Shown: positions 8,744 through 17,887 of the stretch, piece after piece
Layout: each line of letters starts with the position of its first letter
How positions within the stretch are numbered: the first letter of the stretch is position 1
Source: Verrucomicrobium spinosum DSM 4136 = JCM 18804
GTDB lineage: Bacteria; Verrucomicrobiota; Verrucomicrobiia; Verrucomicrobiales; Verrucomicrobiaceae
Direction of reading: 5' to 3'
Length of the DNA: 64,000 bases
NCBI RefSeq assembly: GCF_000172155.1
Contig: NZ_ABIZ01000001.1
Location: 2,139,105-2,203,104, forward strand
Program-made: the position numbers and the translations under genes
Notes under the pieces: generated by a model
Told to the model about the DNA's origin: nothing
Database searches by the model: none
What the model saw: only the letters and a program-made list of their open reading frames with translations

Positions 8744-10963
8744 CTACAACGACTGATACAACGCATCAATGCGCTGCAGATCCAGTCCTGCGGGTGCGGT
8801 TTCGAGCAGTCGTTTCAGGTCCTCTTTGGCTCCGGGGCTGTCGCCGGTCTTCATGCGGGTGAAGGCGCGGTTCAAACGTTCGCCGGGTGAATCGGGCTCC
8901 AGGGCGAGGATCAGATCCAGATAGGGCAGGGACAGCTCCGGTTTCTTGGCGAAACTGGTCAGGTTGTAGAGCAGTCGCAAAATCATGGCCCTCGGCGTGG
9001 CAGGCTCCCGCTGGGCTTCGCTGACCACCTGCCCTGTGGTCTGGATGATGAACCGCTCGGCTTCGGAAGGTTGGAGGAATTTACCCCCGTCAAACACGTC
9101 GATGTAGGTCACCACCTTCTCGCCGCCAAACTGCTCGCGGTAGGCGACCATGAAACGTCCCGGGAGGGAGACGCCATAGACATCCGTGAGGCCAAGCTGA
9201 CGGGAAAGTTCGAGGAATACAATGGACAGTGTGATGGGGATTCCTTCGCGGTCATCCAGCACCTGGTTGAGGTAGCTGTTGGAGAGGTCGTCGATGGCAT
9301 CGCTGCGGGACCCGTGAAAACCGTTTTCCTTGAAGAGGTATTGCGCGAGCCGGGCCGCGGCCTTGGAGGTGGAGCCGGAGGTGATCTCGGGATCCTTCTT
9401 CAGCTCATTGGCCATGCGCTCCACGGCACGCAAGTAGGCATCGGTGTCCAGCTCGGCGTTGTCATGTCGCGCGACCAGCAGGGCGGCTCGCATCAGCTCG
9501 GTCTGGTCAGCGGGGCGTTGCAGCACTTTCACCAGTTCCTCCGCGGTGTTGCGGCGATGCACCTCCCGCCCGAGCTTGCGCAGCGTGGCGGCCTGCTCCT
9601 CCAAGGTCTTGGCGCGCTGCTCCAGCAGACTGCGGGAAGCGGCAGGCTCGGCCAGGAGCTTTTCCATCGTCTTGTCCTTGGGCCCCTTGTGCGCGAGGTA
9701 GTCGGTGAGTTCAGCGTTGAGCTGCAAGGCGAGCTGGTCAGAGATCTGGTTGTGTGAGACCTTTTCCCCGACCTGGAAATGTTTGAAGCAGGCCTTCGTC
9801 TGGCGGAACTTGCAGAGGCCCACCCGGCCGCCACGCAGTCCGGTGTCCTGCTGCTCCGTCACCAGGGTGTCATTCACGAAGCACTGGATCTTGTTCTCAT
9901 CCACCCGCACCCGGAGCGTGTTCCAGTCCCCGGAACGGTAGGCAGGGCTGGCGGCATCGCTGAGGATGGACCACGAGAAGACATCGGGTCCATTGAACCT
10001 GGTGAGGCGCAGTTTTCCAGCGCTGGGGTAGAAGCCGTAGTGCACATCTTTGCCGTCTGCGCAGAAACTCAGTCCTGCTGCTCCGCTCTCTTCATCCAGC
10101 TTTACGGTGACGCTGGCTTCAAACGGCGTGGCAGGCGGATTTTCTTTGCTGAGGCACAGTGAGCGGCCCCCAAAACCTTCACCGGATCCGTCCACCTGGA
10201 TGACTCCTGCGTGCTGGGTCCAGCTGGCTCCTTGCAGTGGTTCCCAGAGCCGGTCGTCCAGGCGGCCGATGGTGAGCCAGCGCTGCATGGGGATGGGGTT
10301 GGGCTTTTCCAGAAGGAGCCGCAGGTCATTCACCGAGTGGGCAAAGCCCAGATTGTTCGTGACGGCGCTCTTGAGCGTGATCACGCCCTGTACTTCGCCC
10401 TTGAGGTTGAGCAGGGGCCCGCCGCTGTTGCCCTCTTCGATCGGGATGGCGATCTGGATCATGTTGGACCCTTCCACCTCCCGGAGGGCAGAGATCACGC
10501 CCTCCACCACGCTGAATTCCAGTCCTTGGGGATTGCCCAGAGCGACCACAGGTTGGCCCTGTTTGATCGAGTCGGAGTCGCCCAAGGGCAGCGCGGTGAG
10601 GTCTTTCTTGCCGATGCGGATGATGGCGAGGTCTAGGGTGGGGTCGGTGGCATGCACCTCCGTGACCTCGTGCATGGAGCCATCGGAGAGCTGTACCTTG
10701 ATGCGGCGGGCGTTCCCGATGACGTGCAGATTCGTGGCGATGAGGCCATCCGTACTGATGATGAACCCGGTGCCCAGCGCCTCCTGACTGCCTCCGCGGC
10801 CGATCTGGGTGACTGTGACCAACGAGGGGCGAGCCGCCACGGTGAGCTCCTCCACGGAGTGGGCGTGCGTGCCTGCGGCCGAGTCGGCCTTGGGCTTGGG
10901 TTTGGCCAAAACCAGGCCGCTGCCGAGGGCCAGCCACAGCGCAGTGAAAAGCAACGGGCGCAT
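8744..10963 (-). CDS. Secreted multidomain protein: trypsin-like S1C serine protease + DUF1080/laminin-G-like domain + coiled coil + transglutaminase-like (SirB1/Transglut_core2) domain
   Basis: Start reassigned to the ATG at 10963 (MRPLLFTALWLALGSGLVLA signal peptide). Protease block LGTGFIISTDGLIATNLHVI…DLAIIRI…GNSGGPLLN contains the His/Asp/Ser triad motifs. GDWNTLRVRVDENKIQCFVNDTLV…GRVGLCKFRQTKACFKHFQV is DUF1080-like. SIVFLELSRQLGLTDVYGVSLPGRFMVAYRE is SirB1-like. Confidence 0.7.
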   Translation of the reverse strand: MRPLLFTALWLALGSGLVLAKPKPKADSAAGTHAHSVEELTVAARPSLVTVTQIGRGGSQEALGTGFIISTDGLIATNLHVIGNARRIKVQLSDGSMHEVTEVHATDPTLDLAIIRIGKKDLTALPLGDSDSIKQGQPVVALGNPQGLEFSVVEGVISALREVEGSNMIQIAIPIEEGNSGGPLLNLKGEVQGVITLKSAVTNNLGFAHSVNDLRLLLEKPNPIPMQRWLTIGRLDDRLWEPLQGASWTQHAGVIQVDGSGEGFGGRSLCLSKENPPATPFEASVTVKLDEESGAAGLSFCADGKDVHYGFYPSAGKLRLTRFNGPDVFSWSILSDAASPAYRSGDWNTLRVRVDENKIQCFVNDTLVTEQQDTGLRGGRVGLCKFRQTKACFKHFQVGEKVSHNQISDQLALQLNAELTDYLAHKGPKDKTMEKLLAEPAASRSLLEQRAKTLEEQAATLRKLGREVHRRNTAEELVKVLQRPADQTELMRAALLVARHDNAELDTDAYLRAVERMANELKKDPEITSGSTSKAAARLAQYLFKENGFHGSRSDAIDDLSNSYLNQVLDDREGIPITLSIVFLELSRQLGLTDVYGVSLPGRFMVAYREQFGGEKVVTYIDVFDGGKFLQPSEAERFIIQTTGQVVSEAQREPATPRAMILRLLYNLTSFAKKPELSLPYLDLILALEPDSPGERLNRAFTRMKTGDSPGAKEDLKRLLETAPAGLDLQRIDALYQSL

Positions 10964-11090
10964 GATAAAGAAGATGTAGCAAGTTTCGCGCAGGGTGGAC
11001 AGGGAAATTTCCCCTTGCAGGAGACGGTTTGGAAGTAACCCCGGAAACTCGCCAGGGCAGCAGAATTCAACGTTCCGGCCGGGGGCATTC

Positions 11091-11630
11091 TTATGCCTGA
11101 CCTTGCCGGGCGTCAGCAATCTGGCGGAGCAGGCGGTCACGCTGGGCCTGGTATTCCGCTTTCGCGGACTCCATTCCTTGGGCTTTCTGGAAGTTGGAGA
11201 AGAGCTGATAGGCAATGAAACCTGCCACCACCAGCCCGAAGATGGGGAACACTGCCGGAGCCCCCATGGAGGTGGCGGTGCTGATCCAAAAAATCAGGAA
11301 CGGGATGCCGATCACCGCCCCGATCACCGCTCCCGCGGGGCTGGGTGGGCTCCGGTGGCCGTTTTTCCCTGAGACGTAAAAGGTCTCCCGGTGGTCTGTC
11401 CATTCGCGATCGAGGCGCTCCAACTCGTTTTGGAGTTCGATCACCTTCAGGTTTCCCGCCATCTGGCTCGTGGTGGCCGCGATCTGCTCAATGACCTCCG
11501 TGTAGGCGGCCGAGCCGGTCTGTTTCACCGCGAGCTGGCTGTGGCAGAACTGGCAGGTGACAAACCGGGTGGCGGGGCCGACTTCGAGAGGGGCTCCACA
11601 GTGATTGCAGCGCAGGGCGACCGTTTCCAC
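11091..11630 (-). CDS. Zinc-ribbon membrane protein, hypothetical
   Basis: N-terminal CxxC…CxxC (CNHCGAPLE…CQFCHSQL), coiled coil, two TM helices and a C-terminal coiled coil. Confidence 0.5.
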   Translation of the reverse strand: METVALRCNHCGAPLEVGPATRFVTCQFCHSQLAVKQTGSAAYTEVIEQIAATTSQMAGNLKVIELQNELERLDREWTDHRETFYVSGKNGHRSPPSPAGAVIGAVIGIPFLIFWISTATSMGAPAVFPIFGLVVAGFIAYQLFSNFQKAQGMESAKAEYQAQRDRLLRQIADARQGQA

Positions 11631-11679
11631 GGGGACAGGGTAGGTGGGGGGGCGGGGTGTGGAAAGGGGATTTTTGGGT

Positions 11680-11789
11680 GTCAGTGCGTCAGTGCGTCAG
11701 TGCGTCAGTGCGTCAGTGCGTCAGTGCGTCAGTGCGTCAGTGCGTCAGTGCGTCAGTGCGTCAGTGCGTCAGTGCGTCAGTGCGTCAGT
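11680..11789. repeat. Octamer microsatellite (GTCAGTGC)x13.6
   Basis: 13 perfect tandem units read directly from the sequence. Followed by gtttttgggttcgaggtaa, the same right flank as the locus at 29045. Confidence 0.95.
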
Positions 11790-11842
11790 TTTTGGGTTCG
11801 AGGTAAGTTGTAGACATGGAGGGGGGCGCTGGGTGGAGGTAT

Positions 11843-11920
11843 CCTGACCGCGTAAACGCGGAACTCCAACCCTGCTGGCGGGAGCGGAGAGGGTTGGAGT
11901 ACCGACTTTAGTCGGCTCAG
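11843..11920. repeat. Hairpin element family A, copy 1 (CGCGTAAACGCG + GGAACTCCAACCCT…AGGGTTGGAGT + CCGAC-TTTA-GTCGG-CTCAG)
   Basis: Three stacked palindromes. The same roughly 78-bp element recurs at 13403 and 29158. Confidence 0.75.
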
Positions 11921-11960
11921 TGGGGCTGTAGGTCGCCGCTCCTGTGGCGGAGACTTTTCA

Positions 11961-13346
11961 TCAATTCCCGTACCCCGTGGAGATCGTGATTTCCAGGGTG
12001 GCGTTCTTAACATCGGTCAGTACTTCGTTGATCAAGTGGACGCTTCCCAAGTGGGTGTCAACTTTGGGGCCTTCTTCGGAGTTGGCGATGACATTGCCAG
12101 AGGGATCCAGCAGCCGGGCAGAGTCAAAGTTTGCACCAATGACATGGAATCCAGTACCCTTGATATCGCCGCCGAGGAAGATCATCACATTCCACTGCGT
12201 GAGCACGGGATGGTCGATGGGCGTGTTCCATTGGCCAGAGCTCCAGGGGACCTGGATGGTTTCGTGCTGAGGTTCAGCGACGAACTGAAAATCTGCGACC
12301 AAGCTAACAATGCTGCCGTCAGCAGCGAGGCCCCAATAGCAAGGTGACTCGCCGGAAGTATCGCCAGCATTTACACAGATTGCGTCTGGATTCTCCGGCG
12401 GTGTTGACCTCAAATGCATGGTCCGGTGCGTCTCAGTGATGTTCTTTCTTATCGGTTCGAGGTACGAGAGATTGAAAAGACGTTCTTTCTCTCTTTTCTC
12501 CAGTGACATCATGGCCCCGGCATCCACAAAGGCGAGATTCATATAGGCTATCTGCGTGTGGTGAGCGCCTCCGTTCACAGTTGGGGCTGGCACCCATGTG
12601 GCGACTTCGCGGTCGGGTTGGAAAACGACACGCGCGGCAGCTCCGTACCCATGGGCGATGGCGAGCTCTACGGGATAATCACCTGGCACAACTGAGCGGC
12701 TCAAGGGAAGGAAGTCATCATTGTCTCTCCCTAGGTCACAAACTCCAATGATACCGGAGGGCAGATGAAGAAGGCCAGCGGATGCCACCTTCAATGGGGT
12801 TTCGAGACCCATGACTCTGATCACCCGGTTGTCTTCAAAAAGCCGACCGCAATTTGGGCTGATGCCGGGCGGCAAATCTGGCAGGGGAGCATCGGGTTTC
12901 ACCATCGCCAGGACTTGGTTCTTGAGCGAGTCCGAGAACAATCGCTCGCCTTCCGGCGCATAGAAGGGTGATACCTTGGTGATCCGCCAGTCGTTGCCCA
13001 CGTGTTTCAACTCATACTCATAGAAGGCAGGAAAATGTTCGGCGTTCTCCGTTTCTATGACCGCGGAATCGATTTCTGCGCTGACATTGATGATGCATTC
13101 GTGCGCTGAATGGTGGGGAGGCTGGCTCCAGGAGAAGCCGAAGCCGAATTCATCTTTTGGGGCATCAGGGGTGAAGTGACGTTGGTGCACCTCTTTGCAG
13201 GCCTCGTTCCATTTCTGGAACGCCACCGGGTCGTAGTCAAAGGGTCCGCTGCCCATGGAGTCCCTGGCTGCAAGCCATTGGAGATACAAGTCGGAAATGT
13301 AGGCGCGGACGCGGGCCTCGGGGCTTTCGAAAATAGGGTCTGCCAT
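11961..13346 (-). CDS. Hypothetical cytoplasmic protein, possibly DUF4241-like middle domain
   Basis: 461 aa with no signal peptide. LLHLPSGIIGVCDLGRD resembles the LPSGxxxxxDP motif of DUF4241 (from memory, low certainty). Flanked by two copies of hairpin element A. Confidence 0.45.
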   Translation of the reverse strand: MADPIFESPEARVRAYISDLYLQWLAARDSMGSGPFDYDPVAFQKWNEACKEVHQRHFTPDAPKDEFGFGFSWSQPPHHSAHECIINVSAEIDSAVIETENAEHFPAFYEYELKHVGNDWRITKVSPFYAPEGERLFSDSLKNQVLAMVKPDAPLPDLPPGISPNCGRLFEDNRVIRVMGLETPLKVASAGLLHLPSGIIGVCDLGRDNDDFLPLSRSVVPGDYPVELAIAHGYGAAARVVFQPDREVATWVPAPTVNGGAHHTQIAYMNLAFVDAGAMMSLEKREKERLFNLSYLEPIRKNITETHRTMHLRSTPPENPDAICVNAGDTSGESPCYWGLAADGSIVSLVADFQFVAEPQHETIQVPWSSGQWNTPIDHPVLTQWNVMIFLGGDIKGTGFHVIGANFDSARLLDPSGNVIANSEEGPKVDTHLGSVHLINEVLTDVKNATLEITISTGYGN

Positions 13347-13402
13347 AGCGAGGTGGGTGGTGAGTCAGTCGGGGGCGAGATGCTTGTGCTCGGGGCCAGG
13401 AG

Positions 13403-13480
13403 CCTGACCGCGTAAACGCGGAACTCCAACCCTACTGGCGGGAACGGAGAGGGTTGGAGTTCCGCCTTTAGGCGGCTCAG
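13403..13480. repeat. Hairpin element family A, copy 2
   Basis: cctgaccgcgtaaacgcggaactccaaccctactggcgggaacggagagggttggagttccgcctttaggcggctcag. About 92% identical to copy 1. Confidence 0.75.
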
Positions 13481-13518
13481 GGAGAGAGTGAGATTGTCCA
13501 GCGGGTGCTAGTGGCCGC

Positions 13519-14838
13519 TCACACCGGATACTCCCACGGCCCGCGATAGGCGCGGCTGAGGAGCTTGTTGGCCTCGGCGTCGCCGGGGATCACTTCTTTT
13601 TCACCGTCCCAGGCAATGCTGCGGCCGAGCTTGTAGGAGAGCATGCCCAGGAGGGGCAGGCAGGAGGAGCGGTGGGCGCTTTCGATGCCGGCGACGGGCT
13701 CGCGCTTCTGCTCGATGGAATCGAGGAAGTCGGCCCAGAGGAGGGCGATGTTGTGACCGTCGGGCTCCTGGAGCTGGTGATCGCCGTGGGCACCGGCGTC
13801 CTTGCTGTTGGCCGGGTAGAAGGTCCAGCCATCCCGCCAGCCGATGTGGAGCACGCCTTTCTCGCCGAAGAAGCGGGTGCCGATGGGGTGCTTCTCGTCG
13901 CCGCTGCCGGCGAATTTGCGGTGCTCCCAGGTGGCGGTGAACTGCTCGAACTGGAAGACGGCGACCTGGTGGTCAGGGGCGTCGCTGGTCTGCTGTTTGT
14001 CTGTCAGCACGATGGGGCCGGCCACAGGGCGGCCGCCGGTGCAATAGACGCTCTTGGGTGCCTTCTCATCGGTCCAGAGGAGCACTTGATCCAGCCAGTG
14101 CACGCCCCAGTCGGCCATGGTGCCGTTGGCAAAGTCGAGGAAATTACGCCAGCCGCCGGGGTGGATCTTGGTGTTGAAGGGCCGCAGCGGGGCAGGGCCG
14201 CAGTACATGTCCCAGTCCATGCCGTCGGGTGGCTCGCTGTTGGGCTTGGGCACCTCTGGCCCCCCCTTGCCTGCGACGAGGCATCGCACTTCGCCGATCT
14301 TGCCCAGGGCTCCGCTCTTGAGGAACTTTATGGCCTCCACATGATGGGGGCCGATGCGGCGGTGCAGGCCCACCTGCACCTTCACCCCGGCGTCCCGGGC
14401 GGCCCGCACCATGGCGGAGCTTTCCTTCACTGTGTGGCCAGTGGGCTTCTCCACATAGATGTGCGCGCCCGCCATTGCGGCGGCAATGCTCTGCAGGGCG
14501 TGCCAGTGGTCCGGGGTGGCGATGATGACCACCTCTGGCTTCTCCTTGTCCAGCAGTTCGCGGTAGTCCTTGTAGGTCTTGGGTTCCTTGCCGGAATCGA
14601 TGGCCACATCCCCTGCGGCGTTGGTGAGGACGTTCTCATCCACATCGCAAAGCGCGACCACATCAATGCGCTTGGAGGCCATGGCCTCCCGCAGGATATT
14701 CATGCCCCACCAGCCCGAGCCGATGAGCGCGGTGCGGTATCTCTTGTCCGACTTCTGCCCCAGCAGGGGAATGGCACCGAAGGCGGCCGAGGCTGCGGCG
14801 GCGGATTGGAGGAAATGACGGCGTTGCATGAGGGACAA
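13519..14838 (-). CDS. Gfo/Idh/MocA family oxidoreductase, Tat-secreted
   Basis: Twin-arginine signal MQRRHFLQSAAAASAAFG. Rossmann motif LIGSGWWGMN…EKPEVVIIATPDHWH…VYVEKP. Confidence 0.8.
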   Translation of the reverse strand: MSLMQRRHFLQSAAAASAAFGAIPLLGQKSDKRYRTALIGSGWWGMNILREAMASKRIDVVALCDVDENVLTNAAGDVAIDSGKEPKTYKDYRELLDKEKPEVVIIATPDHWHALQSIAAAMAGAHIYVEKPTGHTVKESSAMVRAARDAGVKVQVGLHRRIGPHHVEAIKFLKSGALGKIGEVRCLVAGKGGPEVPKPNSEPPDGMDWDMYCGPAPLRPFNTKIHPGGWRNFLDFANGTMADWGVHWLDQVLLWTDEKAPKSVYCTGGRPVAGPIVLTDKQQTSDAPDHQVAVFQFEQFTATWEHRKFAGSGDEKHPIGTRFFGEKGVLHIGWRDGWTFYPANSKDAGAHGDHQLQEPDGHNIALLWADFLDSIEQKREPVAGIESAHRSSCLPLLGMLSYKLGRSIAWDGEKEVIPGDAEANKLLSRAYRGPWEYPV

Positions 14839-14874
14839 ACCAGAGGAGGAAGGCGAATGCGAGAAACGAGGGGA

Positions 14875-15120
14875 TTAACCGGGGAACTTCATCTTCTTCC
14901 ACCAGGCTTCCAGCTCATCGGCACCGAAGTCGGCCAGGATATGGCCATCGACATCGATGCTGGGGGCTTTGCTTTGACCGGTGAGTTCATGCATCTCGGC
15001 ACGGGCTTCGCGATCACTGGTGACGTCGAGCACTTCGTATTTCACGTTGTGGTCTTCGAGCCAGTCGATGGCTTCGTCACACCAAGGGCAGCCGGGTTTG
15101 ATGAAAAGGCGGATACTCAT
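14875..15120 (-). CDS. Glutaredoxin-family small redox protein
   Basis: MSIRLFIKPGCPWCDEAIDWLEDHNVKYEVLDV… contains a CPWC active site. The ORF-track N-terminal extension is rejected and the start set at the ATG at 15120. Confidence 0.7.
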   Translation of the reverse strand: MSIRLFIKPGCPWCDEAIDWLEDHNVKYEVLDVTSDREARAEMHELTGQSKAPSIDVDGHILADFGADELEAWWKKMKFPG

Positions 15121-15158
15121 TTGAAGAAAGGATGCGGGAAATAAAGGGGGGATGGGGG

Positions 15159-16364
15159 TCAGCCTTTCACGTCCAGGCAGACCACGTCGCCGGCGGCGTT
15201 GCGGCAGTAGATGCGGCCGTTGGCCAGCACAGGCACGGTCCAGCAGCGTCCGCTCAGCACCTGGGCGCGGGAGAGGGGCTTGAAGGCGTCCTTGGAAGCC
15301 TCGGCGATGATGAGCTCGCCTTTTTCGCTGAGCACGATGAGCTTCCCGTCCGCCACGGTGACGGACCCGGCTCCCGCGCTCTTCTCTGACCACTTCTCCG
15401 TGCCGGTGCTGAACTCGATGCACTTCAGCGAGGCGTCCTTGCCTTCATTGCCATCGATGCCGTAGAGATGCCCGTCGATCAGTACGGAGGGGTTCATCTG
15501 ATTGCGCATCACGCGGCTCTGCCAGACGACGTCGGCATTGCTGCCGGCGGTCTCGAGGAGGGCAGCCCCCTTGTTGTAGCCCGAGGAAATAAACACCAGA
15601 TCCCCCTGCGCGACCGGGTCGGCGGCATTCACGCCATAGCTGGTGTTCCACGGGTGCTCCCAGAGCTTCTGCCCATTCGCCGGGTCCACGGCCACGTAGG
15701 AACGTCCAGAGCCAAGGATGACCTCAGTCTTGCCGTTGCGCTCAATGGGATAAGGGGTGGAGTAGCCCGCGTTCCGGTCATCCGATTCCCACACGATCTT
15801 GCCGGAGGTTTTCTCCAGAGCCAGCCCGCCCTGGCCAACATTGAGGATGAGCAGATTCTTCCACACGAGAGGCGAGCCGCCAAAACCCCAGTCAGGGATG
15901 CGGGCGTCGGTCTCCTTTTGCACATTCTTGGACCAGACGATCTTGCCGGTGGCGGCTTCGAAACAGAAGACGTCCCCCCAGCGGCTCAGTTGATAGAGCT
16001 TGTCGCCATCGACGGCAGGCGTGCCGGTGGTCCCGCCTTCGAAATACTTGTCACCCAGATCGGCGTCGTAGGCGTGCTTCCAGATCTCCTTGCCTGTCGT
16101 CGCGTCGAAGCAGAAGACGGTGTCTTTGTTGTCGGCATTTCCCGTGGTGTAAACTTTGCCATGGGCCACCGTGAAGGAGGCGAAACCGGTGCCGACGTTG
16201 GCTTTCCAGAGGACCTTGGGAGCGGTGCTCCACCGGGCGTTCCAACCGCTCTCGGCGGAGATGCCATTGCGATTCGGGCCACGCCATTGCGGCCAGTCGG
16301 CAGCAAGAGCAGCCTGGGCGCAGAGGGCGGTGGCGAGACAGAGGGAGGTAGAGAAGGGGTTCAT
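15159..16364 (-). CDS. PQQ-like beta-propeller repeat protein, secreted
   Basis: Signal peptide. Repeated W-x-motifs (DWPQWRGPNRNG, KVLWKANVG…, GKEIWKH, GKIVWSK, GKIVWES, QKLWEH) typical of the BamB/PQQ propeller fold. Confidence 0.7.
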   Translation of the reverse strand: MNPFSTSLCLATALCAQAALAADWPQWRGPNRNGISAESGWNARWSTAPKVLWKANVGTGFASFTVAHGKVYTTGNADNKDTVFCFDATTGKEIWKHAYDADLGDKYFEGGTTGTPAVDGDKLYQLSRWGDVFCFEAATGKIVWSKNVQKETDARIPDWGFGGSPLVWKNLLILNVGQGGLALEKTSGKIVWESDDRNAGYSTPYPIERNGKTEVILGSGRSYVAVDPANGQKLWEHPWNTSYGVNAADPVAQGDLVFISSGYNKGAALLETAGSNADVVWQSRVMRNQMNPSVLIDGHLYGIDGNEGKDASLKCIEFSTGTEKWSEKSAGAGSVTVADGKLIVLSEKGELIIAEASKDAFKPLSRAQVLSGRCWTVPVLANGRIYCRNAAGDVVCLDVKG

Positions 16365-16447
16365 GGGGGGATCGATAGGGGCCCCGCCGACGGCGGGCGG
16401 TTGATTACGCTACGTTCCAGACGGGACTCCCGCAGGCATCCATTGCC

Positions 16448-17776
16448 TCACGGTTTCACGACTTTCACCAGATGGGTCTTGGTGCGGAAGAAGAGGGCGC
16501 CATCGGCCACGGCGGGCGAGGCGGTGACGGGTTCATTGAACTTGTTGCGGGCCAATACCTTGAACTCGGGGCTCGGCGCGATGACCGTGGCGTCACCCGT
16601 ATCACTCACGAAGTAGATGCGCTCCTTGGTGGCGATGGGCGCGGCGACGAATTTGCCGGGAGAGATGCGCTCACTCCAGACATCGGCACCATCCTGCAGG
16701 TTCACGCAGACGCCCACGCCTGCGCCGGTGGCCTGGAAGATATGGCCATTCACGAGCACGGGTGTGGAGAGGGTGGCGTTGCGCTTCTCACGATCCCAGA
16801 GCACGTGACTCTCTGTAATGTCACCCTTGGCCGTATCATCCAGCTTCACCGCCATGAGGTGGGCGCGCTCCGAGCCGGTGTTGATGTAGGCGATGTTGCC
16901 CAAGGAGAGGGGGCGGGCGGAGGCGTTGAACTCCTTGTGTCGGATGGTCCAGAGTTCCTTGCCGGTGTTCAGGTCATAGCCAAAGGCGGCACGGGAGCCA
17001 ACGGAGAGCAGTTGGAGCGTGTTGCCCACTTTCATGACGGAGGGCGTGCCATAGGCCTTGCGCAGGTCACCGTCACGGGTGGGCTTGCCTTCTTTGTCGA
17101 GGTCGCCGTAGTCGGTGGTCCGGTTCGTGGTCCAGAGCGTCTTGCCGGTGGCCTTGTCCAGCGCGGTGACGAACTGTTTGTCGATCCCGTCGAAGGTCAG
17201 GATCAGCAGACTGTCATAGATGATGGGGGAGGAACCTGGGCCGCGGAAGTGGCGCACATTGATGTCCCGCCGCTGCCACACGACCGCGCCTGTTTTGGGG
17301 TCGAGCCGGGCTGTGCCATAGGTGCCGAAGTGGGCGTACAGGGCGTCCTCCTCCAAGACGCAGGAGGGGGCCGCGTAGTTGTTGATGGGGTTGCCCAGTT
17401 CCTCGGGGGCCTCGTTTTGGAAGAGGAGCTTGTGGTGCACGATCTTCCCATCATGCCGGTTGATGGCGTAGAGGAACATCTTGTGACCGTCCTTGGTGGC
17501 GGAGGTGAACCAGATCAGATCGCCACCGATCACGGGTGTGGAGTGGCCTTCATCTTCGATCGGGGTGGACCAGGCAATGCCCTTGCCAGAGGCCTCGTCC
17601 CACTCCAGCGGCAGTTTGGCGGCCTCGGATTCCGGGATCAGGCAATCCTTCGTGGGACCCTGCCGGTCTGGCCAGAACAGCGGTGTCACCGCCGGAGTGG
17701 CCGCGTGGCTGCTGCTGACACCTACGGCGAGCAGAAGGGCGGCGAGACGGGAGGAAAGGAGGGCGTTCACAGGCAT
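16448..17776 (-). CDS. PQQ-like beta-propeller repeat protein, secreted
   Basis: Signal peptide plus repeated propeller blades (GAVVWQRRD, GKTLWTT, GKELWTI, GADVWSE). Confidence 0.7.
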   Translation of the reverse strand: MPVNALLSSRLAALLLAVGVSSSHAATPAVTPLFWPDRQGPTKDCLIPESEAAKLPLEWDEASGKGIAWSTPIEDEGHSTPVIGGDLIWFTSATKDGHKMFLYAINRHDGKIVHHKLLFQNEAPEELGNPINNYAAPSCVLEEDALYAHFGTYGTARLDPKTGAVVWQRRDINVRHFRGPGSSPIIYDSLLILTFDGIDKQFVTALDKATGKTLWTTNRTTDYGDLDKEGKPTRDGDLRKAYGTPSVMKVGNTLQLLSVGSRAAFGYDLNTGKELWTIRHKEFNASARPLSLGNIAYINTGSERAHLMAVKLDDTAKGDITESHVLWDREKRNATLSTPVLVNGHIFQATGAGVGVCVNLQDGADVWSERISPGKFVAAPIATKERIYFVSDTGDATVIAPSPEFKVLARNKFNEPVTASPAVADGALFFRTKTHLVKVVKP

Positions 17777-17887
17777 GGTTCAAAGGCAGGGATAAAGGTG
17801 TGGGCGAACAAGAAAAACAAAACGCTGACAGAATGGCAATCTCTCGCTGGTTGAAGGGATGTTCCCACCACCGCACCCGTTTCTCTC

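Noticed and set aside
10964-11215. 84-codon N-terminal extension of the protease ORF (and analogous extensions at 19794-20025, 32900-33055, 35741-35902, 40567-40665, 56524-56598, 61725-61892, 62527-62760)
   Set aside because: Internal ATGs give canonical signal peptides or conserved family N-termini. The extensions are Arg/Pro-rich with no homology.
11791-11812. tRNA-like GGGTTCGAGGTAA motif after both (GTCAGTGC)n arrays (also at 29108)
   Set aside because: Resembles a T-arm (GGTTCGAG) but no acceptor stem, anticodon arm or CCA context can be built. It is part of the conserved spacer of the composite repeat.
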